NCBI GenBank assembly: GCA_963701185.1
Contig: OY969569.1
Coordinates: 667,548 to 731,547 of the forward strand
DNA from: Candidatus Gottesmanbacteria bacterium
Lineage (GTDB): Bacteria; Patescibacteriota; Microgenomatia; UBA10105; UBA927
DNA: 64,000 nt
Reading direction: 5' to 3'
The position numbers were made by a program, and so were the translations under genes. This document shows, one piece after another, positions 22,098 to 31,631 of the stretch (position 1 is the first letter of the stretch; every line of letters begins with the position of its first letter). Below the pieces are notes generated by a model that did not search any database, was not told the DNA's origin, and worked only from the letters and a program-made list of their open reading frames with translations.

Positions 22098-24092
22098 ATG
22101 AAGCCTGCTCGGCTGTTTGGTGTTTTTTTTGGCGTCCTGTGTACTCTCCTGCTGGCATTCGTCTATACACAACGGAGTTATCTGCGCTTTCTCATCCCCG
22201 CACCGGCATTTGCCGCACCCAGTCCCGGCACCGCAAAGTTCGCCGGCAGTTATGCCACGTTTTCAGGGACACTGCGCGGGACGCAGTTTATCGATAATGA
22301 TAACAACGCGTACCTTCTGGACCCCAACGCCACCGGCAATTCTCTCCTCGTGGCCGGCTCCGTCGGCATTGGTACCACTGCCCCGGCGAGAAAACTTGAT
22401 ATTGTCCAATCATCTGATACGTATGCTGGTGGATTAGGCATTGCCAACTCCGCTATCACCAAAAGACTAACCTTATGGGTTGATACCAACAATGTCTCCC
22501 GAATAGAAGGCGGCGGTTTAGGAGATTCTATCGTCGCTATCAACGGCACCAGTACCGGTAACGTCGGCATCGGCACCACCGCTCCAGCCCAACCATTACA
22601 TGTTTTTGGATATAAAGGAGTTAGGTTGGAATCTGACGCTGCAGGCCAATATGGATTTATGAATAGCACCGGAAATTTACACCTCACGCAAAATGCATAT
22701 TATGATGGAGCCTCATGGAAATCAATCGCAGCAAGTCCAACTCTTGCTGCTGGCTTTCAAACCAACGTTGGTGGAACGGAAGCATTTAGGATATTCGCTG
22801 ATACGAGTATATCCGCAGCAAACGAGGTTCTAACTTTAGATCCCCTCATGGTGGTTAAAACGAACGGCAATGTCGGTATCGGCACCGCAGCCCCAGACAC
22901 ACCTTTACATGTTTTTAGCCCTACAGTAAATGGTGGAATTGCCACTTTTGATAATGCAGCAACTTCTACTCAATCATATTATAATTTTAAGGTGGCAGGC
23001 ACTCTTAGAGGTTCTTTGCGAATAGATAATGGCGGTAATTTTATTATAGATCCAACTGGTACGGGTGCAACGTATCTTAGTTGGGATAGTGGTAGTAACG
23101 GTGTAGTATTTGGCAATGGTTCTGGCGGCGCCGTCGGCTCTGTATCAGGTGGAGGCAATCTTTCGATGAATGGAACAGGTTACTTCGGAGGCAACGTCGG
23201 TATTGGAACAACAAATCCTACCTACACGTTAATGGTAACTGGCTCCACAGCAGGCAATATTACCTCAGGAAGCATAAACGTATTAAATACTGCATCAACG
23301 GGAAATTCTGGAGCCATTGTCAATATCGGGTCGAATTCTAGCTCGGGATATATCGGCGCCTTCAACTCAACTCACACATCAATTCCCCTTGCTGACCGCT
23401 TCGTCATAGCTCCAAATAGTATCGCGGCAGGTCTGACTATATACGCTTCTAATGCCGGTCAGGACATTCGATTCTTTTCCGGTTCAACCACTGAAACTAT
23501 GCGTATAGATAGTTCTGGGAAAGTCGGCATCGGCACCACCAGCCCCGGATATCTCCTTGACGTTAATGGTTCCATTAATATCGCCAACAGTGGATTATTA
23601 CGTATCGGCGGAAACACGGTCACTAATTCAGCAAATAACCGAATCAGTATGTATTATGTTGGTTGCGGCGCCTCTTGGAACAGTACGTGTGATAGTGGTT
23701 CTAGTGGATGGCCCGATTACGCTGACGCACTTCTTTCCGACAATAGACTCAAAACCATCACTAAACCTCTCGATAATGTTATGGATAAAATCATGCAGCT
23801 AAAACCCACGTACTACACATGGAACCAAAACTATGACGCTTTGGGTCTCCCTAATCACGGTCAGGAAATCGGCTTCATCGCCCAAGACGTTCAGCAACTC
23901 TTCCCTGAAATGGTCTACAATGCGGGCCCCAATGATCCCTATCTTCACCTAGATTACCAAAAAATGACCGCAGTCTTGGCTCAGGGCATCAAAGAACAGC
24001 AAGGGGAGATTGATGAATTGAAAAAAATGGTGGAAGATCAGGGGCAAATAATTCGTCAGCTGCAAACGGAAATCCGGCAGTTAAAAGAATAG
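22098..24092 (+). CDS. tail-fibre-like surface protein with C-terminal peptidase S74 / intramolecular chaperone auto-processing domain
   Basis: N-terminal signal/TM. Five repeats of the (N/S/K)VGIGTT(A/N/S)P....L.V motif. C-terminal LLSDNRLKTITKPLDNVMDKIMQLKPTYYTWN...IGFIAQDVQQLFPEMV matches the endosialidase-chaperone (S74) signature. Ends in a coiled-coil segment. Confidence 0.7.
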   Translation: MKPARLFGVFFGVLCTLLLAFVYTQRSYLRFLIPAPAFAAPSPGTAKFAGSYATFSGTLRGTQFIDNDNNAYLLDPNATGNSLLVAGSVGIGTTAPARKLDIVQSSDTYAGGLGIANSAITKRLTLWVDTNNVSRIEGGGLGDSIVAINGTSTGNVGIGTTAPAQPLHVFGYKGVRLESDAAGQYGFMNSTGNLHLTQNAYYDGASWKSIAASPTLAAGFQTNVGGTEAFRIFADTSISAANEVLTLDPLMVVKTNGNVGIGTAAPDTPLHVFSPTVNGGIATFDNAATSTQSYYNFKVAGTLRGSLRIDNGGNFIIDPTGTGATYLSWDSGSNGVVFGNGSGGAVGSVSGGGNLSMNGTGYFGGNVGIGTTNPTYTLMVTGSTAGNITSGSINVLNTASTGNSGAIVNIGSNSSSGYIGAFNSTHTSIPLADRFVIAPNSIAAGLTIYASNAGQDIRFFSGSTTETMRIDSSGKVGIGTTSPGYLLDVNGSINIANSGLLRIGGNTVTNSANNRISMYYVGCGASWNSTCDSGSSGWPDYADALLSDNRLKTITKPLDNVMDKIMQLKPTYYTWNQNYDALGLPNHGQEIGFIAQDVQQLFPEMVYNAGPNDPYLHLDYQKMTAVLAQGIKEQQGEIDELKKMVEDQGQIIRQLQTEIRQLKE

Positions 24093-24094
24093 TA

Positions 24095-24463
24095 ATGATG
24101 CCGAAAAAGGTTCTTATTATCCTACTGGCTATCCTGGGAATTGCCGCGTATGTTGCGGGATCTTTTTGGGTTATCGGCATTATGCAGGGCAAGGGCACAA
24201 CAGTACCGTTTATCCCAAAGCAAAATACTGCGGCAACGACGACAGATCTGCCGCAAGGCCCGATAGCCACACCAACACCCAAACCCACACCAACACCCAT
24301 GCCTACCCCGACCCCGCTGCAGGGCCCGGGCAGATATGCGTGTGATGCTGATGGGATATGCGGAGATTTCAGCGATGAGAGGCGCAAGTCCTGCCCCAAA
24401 ACATTTGCCGATCCCCATTGTCTGGGTATGTGCGCCGCCCAGTCCGTCCGCTGTTCACAATAA
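24095..24463 (+). CDS. small membrane-anchored/secreted protein with PT-linker and 6-Cys C-terminal module
   Basis: TM helix ILLAILGIAAYVAGSFWVIGI, TPTPKPTPTPMPTPTP linker and CDADGICGDFSDERRKSCPKTFADPHCLGMCAAQSVRC. Start overlaps the stop of the upstream gene. Confidence 0.4.
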   Translation: MMPKKVLIILLAILGIAAYVAGSFWVIGIMQGKGTTVPFIPKQNTAATTTDLPQGPIATPTPKPTPTPMPTPTPLQGPGRYACDADGICGDFSDERRKSCPKTFADPHCLGMCAAQSVRCSQ

Positions 24464-24464
24464 G

Positions 24465-24965
24465 TTAATCTGCGCAGACGCAGTACCGGCCGGTCGTACT
24501 GCAATTAGCGCCGCACGCTGATGCACATCTTGTTTGGCTGACGGCAATATCAGGATCAGATAAATTATCAAGTACCGCTCTGAGACAAAAATCATTACCG
24601 CCCGTTGTTTGATAATACATATAGGTGTTCGGTGATACCAAAAATCCCGCCGGAAGCGACTTCATATAGACAGCATCGCATGCAGCCCCTGAGGCAAACG
24701 TCCTCGTCCCCGTACAGGGACACGCATTCGTTCCCCCTGCACCGCACCCATTCATCACCATCCCCGTCGTACCTCCCGGGTAACTGTTGAAATCGTTGTA
24801 ATAGAGCCGTAAAGCAGTTTTCAGCTGGGCCATTTCCTGTTTTTTCTTCACGTCATTCGCCCGCTGGCGGGCCGAGAGGTAGTTGGGGATCGCCATCGCA
24901 ATAATAGAGGCAATGATGGCAATAACAACCAAAATTTCAATCAGGGTAAAGCCTGCTCTTTTCAT
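24465..24965 (-). CDS. type IV pilin / pseudopilin-like protein (prepilin N-terminus)
   Basis: MKRAGFTLIEILVVIAIIASIIA: class III signal with G|F cleavage site and Glu+5. Cys-rich C-terminus ending CVCAD. Confidence 0.7.
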   Translation of the reverse strand: MKRAGFTLIEILVVIAIIASIIAMAIPNYLSARQRANDVKKKQEMAQLKTALRLYYNDFNSYPGGTTGMVMNGCGAGGTNACPCTGTRTFASGAACDAVYMKSLPAGFLVSPNTYMYYQTTGGNDFCLRAVLDNLSDPDIAVSQTRCASACGANCSTTGRYCVCAD

Positions 24966-24980
24966 ATCATGATCGTATCA

Positions 24981-25502
24981 TTATGGACTTATATTTGCAC
25001 TGGACAATCCCCAATTACACGGCATTCCGGTTCCGCAGTTCGTCGGTGATGCCTCAGGCGTCATAATCGCCGGATCCTGGTTATTTTCCAAATGCGCGTA
25101 GATTTGATACTGCTTTCCCGCAGCATCGGAAACATAATAATATCTTTGCGTACTCACCGGGTCTGCCGGAAATTTCGCCATATATATCGCCCCATTGACG
25201 ACGGAATCCTTAAAGATGGGGTACTCCGTTCCGCATGATCCGGTATTTCCCAGAGCATTGTAGCAACCGGGAATCGATCCTGCTCCATCCCCTACCGGAT
25301 ACTTGCCTTTATCATTATAATACATTTCCACCGCATTGGTAATCGCCCGTACATTGGCTTTGCGTGTCGAATCCCGGCCTTTTCTCATCGAAGAGGTAAA
25401 CGCCCCTGCGCCGATCCCCAAAAGGATTGCAAGAAGTGCCATGACAACCAACAGCTCTATGAGTGTAAAACCTTGTTTTTGATTCATATCATCAGTATAC
25501 AC
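24981..25502 (-). CDS. type IV pilin-like protein
   Basis: NQKQGFTLIELLVVMALLAILLG prepilin N-terminus. Confidence 0.7.
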   Translation of the reverse strand: MYTDDMNQKQGFTLIELLVVMALLAILLGIGAGAFTSSMRKGRDSTRKANVRAITNAVEMYYNDKGKYPVGDGAGSIPGCYNALGNTGSCGTEYPIFKDSVVNGAIYMAKFPADPVSTQRYYYVSDAAGKQYQIYAHLENNQDPAIMTPEASPTNCGTGMPCNWGLSSANISP

Positions 25503-25504
25503 CG

Positions 25505-26203
25505 TTAATCAGCACAACGGTTTGCAATAATTGCACACGCTCCGGCCGGGCAATTTATTTCCCACGAAACCGGACAACCGTGCAATGACGGATCATCATA
25601 CCAATTACAATCCCCTCCCAATGTGCACGAAATATGATACACAGGATTAAGGGTTGGCGTGGGTGTTCCCCCGCCCCCGCCTCCGCCGCCTCCGGGTGTG
25701 GGGGTGCCTCCGCCGCCTCCGGGTGTGGGGGTGCCTCCGCCGATGATCTCATCCACCGTGCCTACGGCAGAGGCTGTGACGCCGGAAGCCAGGCAAAAAT
25801 TATATCCGCTGCCGAGGCCGCACCCTGCCGCGCCTCCACAATTCATCGCGGCAATGGCAGGATCCGTTGTGTCGGACAGCTTCGCACAAATTCTGTATCC
25901 TCCATTGACAGATGGAAAATACCCGTAATGCGTTTTGGATACCGGATCGCAGGGAATTCTTTTAATATATGGTTCCATCGCTCCTGCGCAATTGTTGACA
26001 ACGGATTGATTCGGAAATGCATCGTTATCATTACGATAGTCCTCAAAAAATTTACTCAGTATATAGATATCCGATTTCCGTTTTATATCGTTGGCCCGAG
26101 CCGTTTGACCACGGAGATTCATGAAAAGGACCATAGCCAGGAGGATAATGATGGTGACGACGATAAGAATCTCAAGAAGGGTAAAGCCTGCATGTTTTTT
26201 CAT
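25505..26203 (-). CDS. type IV pilin-like protein with Gly/Pro/Thr-rich linker and Cys-rich C-terminal domain
   Basis: Start taken at MKKHAGFTLLEILIVVTIIILLAM (ORF track starts 21 nt upstream). GGGTPTPGGGGG... linker. Seven Cys in the last 45 aa, ending RCAD. Confidence 0.65.
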   Translation of the reverse strand: MKKHAGFTLLEILIVVTIIILLAMVLFMNLRGQTARANDIKRKSDIYILSKFFEDYRNDNDAFPNQSVVNNCAGAMEPYIKRIPCDPVSKTHYGYFPSVNGGYRICAKLSDTTDPAIAAMNCGGAAGCGLGSGYNFCLASGVTASAVGTVDEIIGGGTPTPGGGGGTPTPGGGGGGGGGTPTPTLNPVYHISCTLGGDCNWYDDPSLHGCPVSWEINCPAGACAIIANRCAD

Positions 26204-26399
26204 GCTTCCCTTAGTATCACACATCAGGGGAAAAATGCAATCCCGTTATAGAGTATGGTTTGATACCTATTGTTCCATAATTTTTACCTTATTGATATTA
26301 AATAGTCTCTTGTACAACGTAACGATAAACTTGATATATTATCTATATAAATCACTATATATTTTATGTTCTCGCATTTACATTTGCGAAATATTCACT

Positions 26400-28169
26400 A
26401 TGATGAATACTATCATGGCGAAAAAAATTTCCATCGTTGTGCTGGGCCTTACTCCCCTCTTTTTCCTCCCCGTAACCCAAAATTTTTATGACACGAATAA
26501 GTGGATACTCCTGGGAATCGGAGGACTGCTCGTCCTGATTTTTTGGGCCATAACGCTGTTTCGGGTAAAAATGCCTCTACGAGCGGCATTTCCCTGGGGA
26601 TCTCTCGGATTCGCGGCATTGACAATCGCATCCTTCATCGGCCTTATCGCTGCTTCGACCAATAAAATCGAAGCTATTCTTTCACCGCTGGGGCCGATAA
26701 CGTTTCTTGCGCTCACTATCCTCATTCTGACCGCCTCTTCCATGACGAAACAGGACAAGGTGTACGTGAGATGGTTTCTCTACGGGATAATAGGGCTCTT
26801 GGGGCTTATCGCGCTGTACCAATTCCTTGGCATCAGGTATTTTTCTGACCCTTTGTGGACCCCGACCGGATCCGTCACCACCACAATTGTCCTGTTTTTT
26901 ATCACGCTGTCTCTCCTTATCCCCGATATCATCGCATCGTTCAAAAAACGTGAAGAGCATGGTACAACAGCATTTCTCATTATTTCTTGTATCATCATCG
27001 GAGTCGGCACAGGCATAACGCTCTTCCAATTCATTCCGAAAATACCCTCCCTTCTGCCGTTTGATGCTGGCATGATCGTGGCGTCCCAAATTTTCAAAAA
27101 TCCTACTGCTGCCGCTGTCGGTATCGGCACGGAAAACTTTGTTGCCGCCTTCACCGCGGCCAGACCTGCGAGCTTCAATACCGGACCGCTTGCCGCCGTG
27201 ACGTTTACGACGAACGCGGACTTTTTTCTCCATATCCTCACCGTCTATGGCCTTACCGGACTGGCTGCCGCATTGGTTCTTGCGGGTTCTCTTGTAACCG
27301 GAAACAAAAAAGACTGGCTTTTCTTCACTAAATGCATCTGTCTGGCAAGCTTACTGTTTATTCCGCCGACCATACCGCTTCTTGCCGTTATCGCAATCAT
27401 CCTTATCCTTGCGGAGGGAGAAAAAAATCCAAAATCGTTTGCTGTCAGGCCATCCTGGATCCGGATCCCGGCCGGCGCTCTGTTGATACTCGCGTCCTTA
27501 GCTTCGTTCTATTTTTTGGCCCGCGCATACGCGGCGGAACTATACTTTTTCCAATCACTGCAGGCGCTTGCGGCACATGACGGAACCAAAACGTATAACC
27601 AACAAATTCAGGCAATCCGGACCAATACGTTCTTAAGCCGATACCATGTTTCGTATAGCCAAACAAGTTTGGAGTTGGCCAACAGCATCGCCGGCTCTGA
27701 CAGCAAAAGCGACCAGGACCGGCAGCTGGTAGGACAACTTCTGCAACAATCCGTTAACGAAGCAAAAATTGCCGTTACGCTCAACCAACAAAACATCACT
27801 GCATGGGAAAACCTGGGTTTTACGTATCAAAATATTATTCCGGTCGCTTCGGAGGCCGCCAATTGGGCACTGACGGCCTACGGGTCTGCCATAAAATTGG
27901 ACCCGTCCAACCCCAATCTGTTCCTCAATATCGGCAGCGTCTTCATCGCCCAGAAACAGTACGATGATGCCATTGCCATGTTTATCCGGGCTATCCAGCT
28001 TAATCCGTCGTACGCTAACGCCTACTACAACCTGGCAAACGCGTACAAACTCAAAGGCGATACGGTTAATCAAGGAAAAGTCCTCACTGATACGCTGAAG
28101 CTCGTTGCTCCGGAAAGTTCGGATTATGCGAAAATCAAAAACGAACTGGATGCACTGGAAAAGAAATGA
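26400..28169 (+). CDS. O-antigen ligase (Wzy_C) family polytopic membrane protein with C-terminal TPR repeats (possible PglL/PilO-like O-oligosaccharyltransferase)
   Basis: Start at ATG 26400 (MMNTIMAKK). The 26121 start of the ORF-track ORF overlaps a pilin gene and AT-rich spacer. About 10 TM helices. NADFFLHILTVYGLTGL resembles the Wzy_C core (aHNdyLqilaElGiiG). C-terminal TPR-like repeats (AYYNLANAYKLKGD). Confidence 0.6.
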   Translation: MMNTIMAKKISIVVLGLTPLFFLPVTQNFYDTNKWILLGIGGLLVLIFWAITLFRVKMPLRAAFPWGSLGFAALTIASFIGLIAASTNKIEAILSPLGPITFLALTILILTASSMTKQDKVYVRWFLYGIIGLLGLIALYQFLGIRYFSDPLWTPTGSVTTTIVLFFITLSLLIPDIIASFKKREEHGTTAFLIISCIIIGVGTGITLFQFIPKIPSLLPFDAGMIVASQIFKNPTAAAVGIGTENFVAAFTAARPASFNTGPLAAVTFTTNADFFLHILTVYGLTGLAAALVLAGSLVTGNKKDWLFFTKCICLASLLFIPPTIPLLAVIAIILILAEGEKNPKSFAVRPSWIRIPAGALLILASLASFYFLARAYAAELYFFQSLQALAAHDGTKTYNQQIQAIRTNTFLSRYHVSYSQTSLELANSIAGSDSKSDQDRQLVGQLLQQSVNEAKIAVTLNQQNITAWENLGFTYQNIIPVASEAANWALTAYGSAIKLDPSNPNLFLNIGSVFIAQKQYDDAIAMFIRAIQLNPSYANAYYNLANAYKLKGDTVNQGKVLTDTLKLVAPESSDYAKIKNELDALEKK

Positions 28170-29743
28170 AACCGCTTGTTCTGACCGTCATCCTTTTTAT
28201 CCTGCAACTCGGATTATTTCTTTGGATTACCCTCCGGCCGTTTTCCATAAGCCCGCAAGGAAGTTCGTATTATGTCCTCCACGGACAGAGCGCGTACACG
28301 GCATATATACGTGAGTCCAAAGAAGGCGCATGGAAGGTCACGAATCCCTACACCACCCGGCCGAATCCGCCAATCTACGCGCATCTGTTTTATGTATTTT
28401 TAGGTAAAATTGCAGCGGTATTTTCGTTTGATACAATCGCCACCTCCATGGTAACCCATGTCGTTGCCGGCCTCATTCTTTTTCTTGCCACCTATTGGTG
28501 TATCGGCAAAATCCTTCCCGCAAATCTCCAAACACTTGCGGTTCTCTTCACCCTCGGATTGGAACCCGGCCCGCTAGTGTCAGAAATAAAAAATATCGCG
28601 TCACTGGCATTTGCGCGGCCCGTTATATTCAGCTTTTTCCCACAGGAAGTGGTACTGCGGCACTTCGGGCTCCCGCATCATGTTTTGGCGGAGGCACTCG
28701 GTTTATTGATACTGGGGAATGTCTTTTTATTTGTAAAAAGGGCGTCATGGCAGCGGTTGGCGGGTATCGCACTCCTTACTGTCGCCGGGACACTCATTAT
28801 GCCGGTATACAACAGTATCTTAATGCTGACAGTAGGCATTGCGTGGTTCGTATGGTCTCTTATACATGGCCACATCAAAAAAAATCTGCCGGCCTTTATC
28901 ACGATTTTTGTATGTTTTGGAGCCGCGGCACTATTTATTAAACTCCAAATGGACACGAGCTTCATGTGGAAAAATTATAGCCTGGACGAAAAACGCTGGG
29001 TGACGGATGGTGATATTGTTATCAATTACCTTTCGTCGCTCGTTCTGTACCTGCCGGCAATTGTATTCCTATGGGCGACACTGCTACGGCGCTCGTGGCA
29101 TCTGATGGTCGTACTGTTCACTACATGGATCGTAGGACCTCTTCTGTACATCCCCCTCACACATATGTCCCTCTTTCCGTTTGCCAATTTTCGGTTGGTG
29201 GACGGATATTCCTATGTTCCTGCAGGAATTCTGGCCGCCATGGGAATATCGGAAATCAGCCGTTTGAGCGGTAAAACCATCGCGAAGTTCGCCGTCATAC
29301 TCATGCTTGCCGCCTCACTGTTCCTCACGGTCAGCTATACGAGAAAAACGTTTGAAGACCAGCAGAGGATCTATACGAATGTCTATCTGTTGCGGGAGGA
29401 GTGGGATGCAATCCGCTTCCTTTCAACCATCCCGCGTCACAGTGGCGTTATGGTCATGAAATATGTCGGGGAGATTATTCCTGCGTACGACTCAGTGCGT
29501 GTTTTTCTGGGTGAAACTCCCGGCGCTCTCGACTGGCAGGAACGCTACGACATCGCCGTCCGGTTCTATTCCGGGCTCCTGACGGATAGTGAAGCACGCA
29601 CTATCCTCCGACAGGAAAATATTTCCTATGTTTATTGGGGACAGGATGAAAAAGTATTCTCAAAAACTCCGACACTGTACCCCAATGTCCTTATTCCTGT
29701 TTTCCAAAATCCCGCCGTTACTATTTTCGCGCAAAAACAATAA
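28166..29743 (+). CDS. large polytopic membrane protein, GT-C-like paralog family member
   Basis: Multi-TM N-terminal half. C-terminal ...ENISYVYWGQDEKVFSKTPTLYPNVLIPVFQNPAVTIFAQKQ motif shared with 32519..33751, 36545..38152 and 51996..54026. Confidence 0.5.
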   Translation: MKPLVLTVILFILQLGLFLWITLRPFSISPQGSSYYVLHGQSAYTAYIRESKEGAWKVTNPYTTRPNPPIYAHLFYVFLGKIAAVFSFDTIATSMVTHVVAGLILFLATYWCIGKILPANLQTLAVLFTLGLEPGPLVSEIKNIASLAFARPVIFSFFPQEVVLRHFGLPHHVLAEALGLLILGNVFLFVKRASWQRLAGIALLTVAGTLIMPVYNSILMLTVGIAWFVWSLIHGHIKKNLPAFITIFVCFGAAALFIKLQMDTSFMWKNYSLDEKRWVTDGDIVINYLSSLVLYLPAIVFLWATLLRRSWHLMVVLFTTWIVGPLLYIPLTHMSLFPFANFRLVDGYSYVPAGILAAMGISEISRLSGKTIAKFAVILMLAASLFLTVSYTRKTFEDQQRIYTNVYLLREEWDAIRFLSTIPRHSGVMVMKYVGEIIPAYDSVRVFLGETPGALDWQERYDIAVRFYSGLLTDSEARTILRQENISYVYWGQDEKVFSKTPTLYPNVLIPVFQNPAVTIFAQKQ

Positions 29744-30576
29744 GATCATCCCAGGGGTTTATCGGATTCTTCAATTTAAACCGGTCCAAAAATTTCCCGA
29801 TGGGTTGTAAAATCCCTGCTGCCCACGGGAAATAATCGGCCGCGCGGGTAAATACAAAAGATAACGGGAACGGCCGTGGTGAATCGGGGCGGATGATAAT
29901 ATTTCTGAATCCCGCCCGTTTAAAAAGTTCCCGTAAAGACTTTCTATCCCAAAATGTCACATGTTCCGGGTGATGATACCCTACCCACCATTTTCCCATC
30001 ATTTTTCGCCAAATGCTGTTATGATTCGGGGTTGTCAGGACGGCCTCACCGCCTTTATTGAGCAGTTTATATACCCGCTTCATCATGCCTAAGGGATTAC
30101 GCTCATGTTCGATGATTTCAAACGCGGTAACGACATCAAACTTCGATGTGGGCCATGTTTGAGAAACACGAAGTCCCCTTTTTTTGCAATAGGAAACTGC
30201 GTCTTTGGAAATATCTACCCCCTGCGCTCTTATCCCTACTTTTTTGGCTTCTTCCAGTAATACTCCCATGGCACAGCCGATATCAGTAATATTGGTCTGT
30301 CATTCCCGTGAGGCGGGAATTGTTATTGTTGTATTGTGAAAACTAATATCGATTCCTCACAGGCGCGGATGATAATTGAAGCGTTTTCCTAAAATATTCC
30401 CTATGCACGGGAATCTGGGCGATGTACGGCTCAAAATGCTCCAAATCTTCGTGATACAATTTTTCAATCTCTTTTTCACCGGGCATCGGCACCATCTGTA
30501 CCAATCCGCAGGTCGTACATTTTTTCAATCTATAAATAACGGAAAATCGGGTAGACCCGCACAATACGCACCTCAT
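29721..30576 (-). pseudogene. zinc-ribbon class I SAM methyltransferase interrupted by a ~70-bp hairpin-containing insertion (paralog of 31632..32522)
   Basis: 30343..30576 encodes the CxxC..CxxC zinc-ribbon plus EHFEPYI and ends in TAG. 29721..30269 encodes the MTase core. Motif I DIGCAMG sits immediately after an in-frame TGA with no upstream start. The intervening 30270-30342 contains hairpin ATTCCCG-tgagg-CGGGAAT. Confidence 0.5.
30302..30320. repeat. hairpin element ATTCCCG-N5-CGGGAAT (member of a small palindromic repeat family, cf. 45100-45161)
   Basis: 7-bp perfect inverted repeat, flanked by GTC at the 5' side as in the 45097 copy. Confidence 0.5.
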
Positions 30577-31586
30577 ATAGTCTTTTTTAACAGATAATAG
30601 GCCGCGCCCGCAAGAATAACGACATACAATACCAATCCGGCCCCCAACGCTTTCAGCATAAATCCACTCCCCTTCTCACGATAACAAAACCACAGAAACT
30701 TGCGAAGAAGAAGAATATGAAAAAGAAAAAGAACGGCGGCAGAGACGATCGTGACCATACGTACCCAGGAAAACGGCAACACAAAATACAGAAGTATCCC
30801 CATGACGATAATCCCCAGAGCTCCTACCCCCGCGGCGGCTGTCGCGGTCTCCGACATGGTGGTTGCGACTGTATCAAATTTTCGATGGGTGCCGTAGAGC
30901 TTCGTCCAGTAAAAACTGCGCCAGAAATATTTCCTGGCAACCGCAAAAAACCCTTCAAATTCATGGTGAACCCTCACATCAGGCGCGAAGATGATCGCAT
31001 AACGCTTGGCGATCCGGTACGTAAGCTCCACATCCTCCATCTGCCGGAACGCCTCGTTAAAACCTCCCAACCGGTCAAATACATCGCGGCGGATGGCGGC
31101 GTTCCTGGTGCTGAACAGGTAATAATATCCGTCGCGGTCGCGTTCGTTGGTCCAATAACTCCAGTCGCGCATGGCTTTAAATTGGGGGAAAAATGATGTG
31201 GTACGCTGGTGTTTATCCCACACGCCTGTCAGCGCAATCAAATCAGGGTCTTCACAAAATTTATTGGCAATATTGGTTAACGTATCGGGGTACACCGTCA
31301 CATCCGCATCCAAAAAAACTAATACCTCGCCCCGTGCCCGTTTCACGGCAGCATTGCGGGCTGCAGCCGGACCGCGGTTGTGTGTCAGGCGGGTAACAGT
31401 CAGCGGGAACCGCGGGCGGATGCCCTGAAGCTTCCTGACGGTCAGCTGCTCGTTTGATGCGTCATCACCGATAATCACTTCAAAGTTCTTATATGATGAC
31501 GTTGTGAGCGATCCCAGAAGCTTCCCGAGCGTTTCGCTTGCATTGTAGGCAGGGATGATAATCGAAAGATACGGTTTACCCCTCAT
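30573..31586 (-). CDS. family 2 glycosyltransferase with C-terminal TM segments
   Basis: LSIIIPAYN...IIGDDAS...DAD motifs of the GT2 (GT-A) fold. C-terminal membrane helices. Confidence 0.7.
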   Translation of the reverse strand: MRGKPYLSIIIPAYNASETLGKLLGSLTTSSYKNFEVIIGDDASNEQLTVRKLQGIRPRFPLTVTRLTHNRGPAAARNAAVKRARGEVLVFLDADVTVYPDTLTNIANKFCEDPDLIALTGVWDKHQRTTSFFPQFKAMRDWSYWTNERDRDGYYYLFSTRNAAIRRDVFDRLGGFNEAFRQMEDVELTYRIAKRYAIIFAPDVRVHHEFEGFFAVARKYFWRSFYWTKLYGTHRKFDTVATTMSETATAAAGVGALGIIVMGILLYFVLPFSWVRMVTIVSAAVLFLFHILLLRKFLWFCYREKGSGFMLKALGAGLVLYVVILAGAAYYLLKKTI

Positions 31587-31631
31587 GTCTTGTCTTTGTA
31601 TAGCGACGGAGAGAATAAGTCAAGAATGTAA

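Noticed and set aside
22061-22098. TTGACA (22061-66) upstream of the fibre gene as a dedicated promoter.
   Set aside because: No acceptable -10 at 16-19 nt spacing, and the ATG follows within ~30 nt. Co-transcription with the giant gene seems more likely.
26121-26399. N-terminal 93-codon extension of the Wzy_C/TPR ORF.
   Set aside because: It overlaps the 3' end of the antisense pilin gene and an AT-rich spacer. The hydrophobic protein starts cleanly at MMNTIMAKK (26400).
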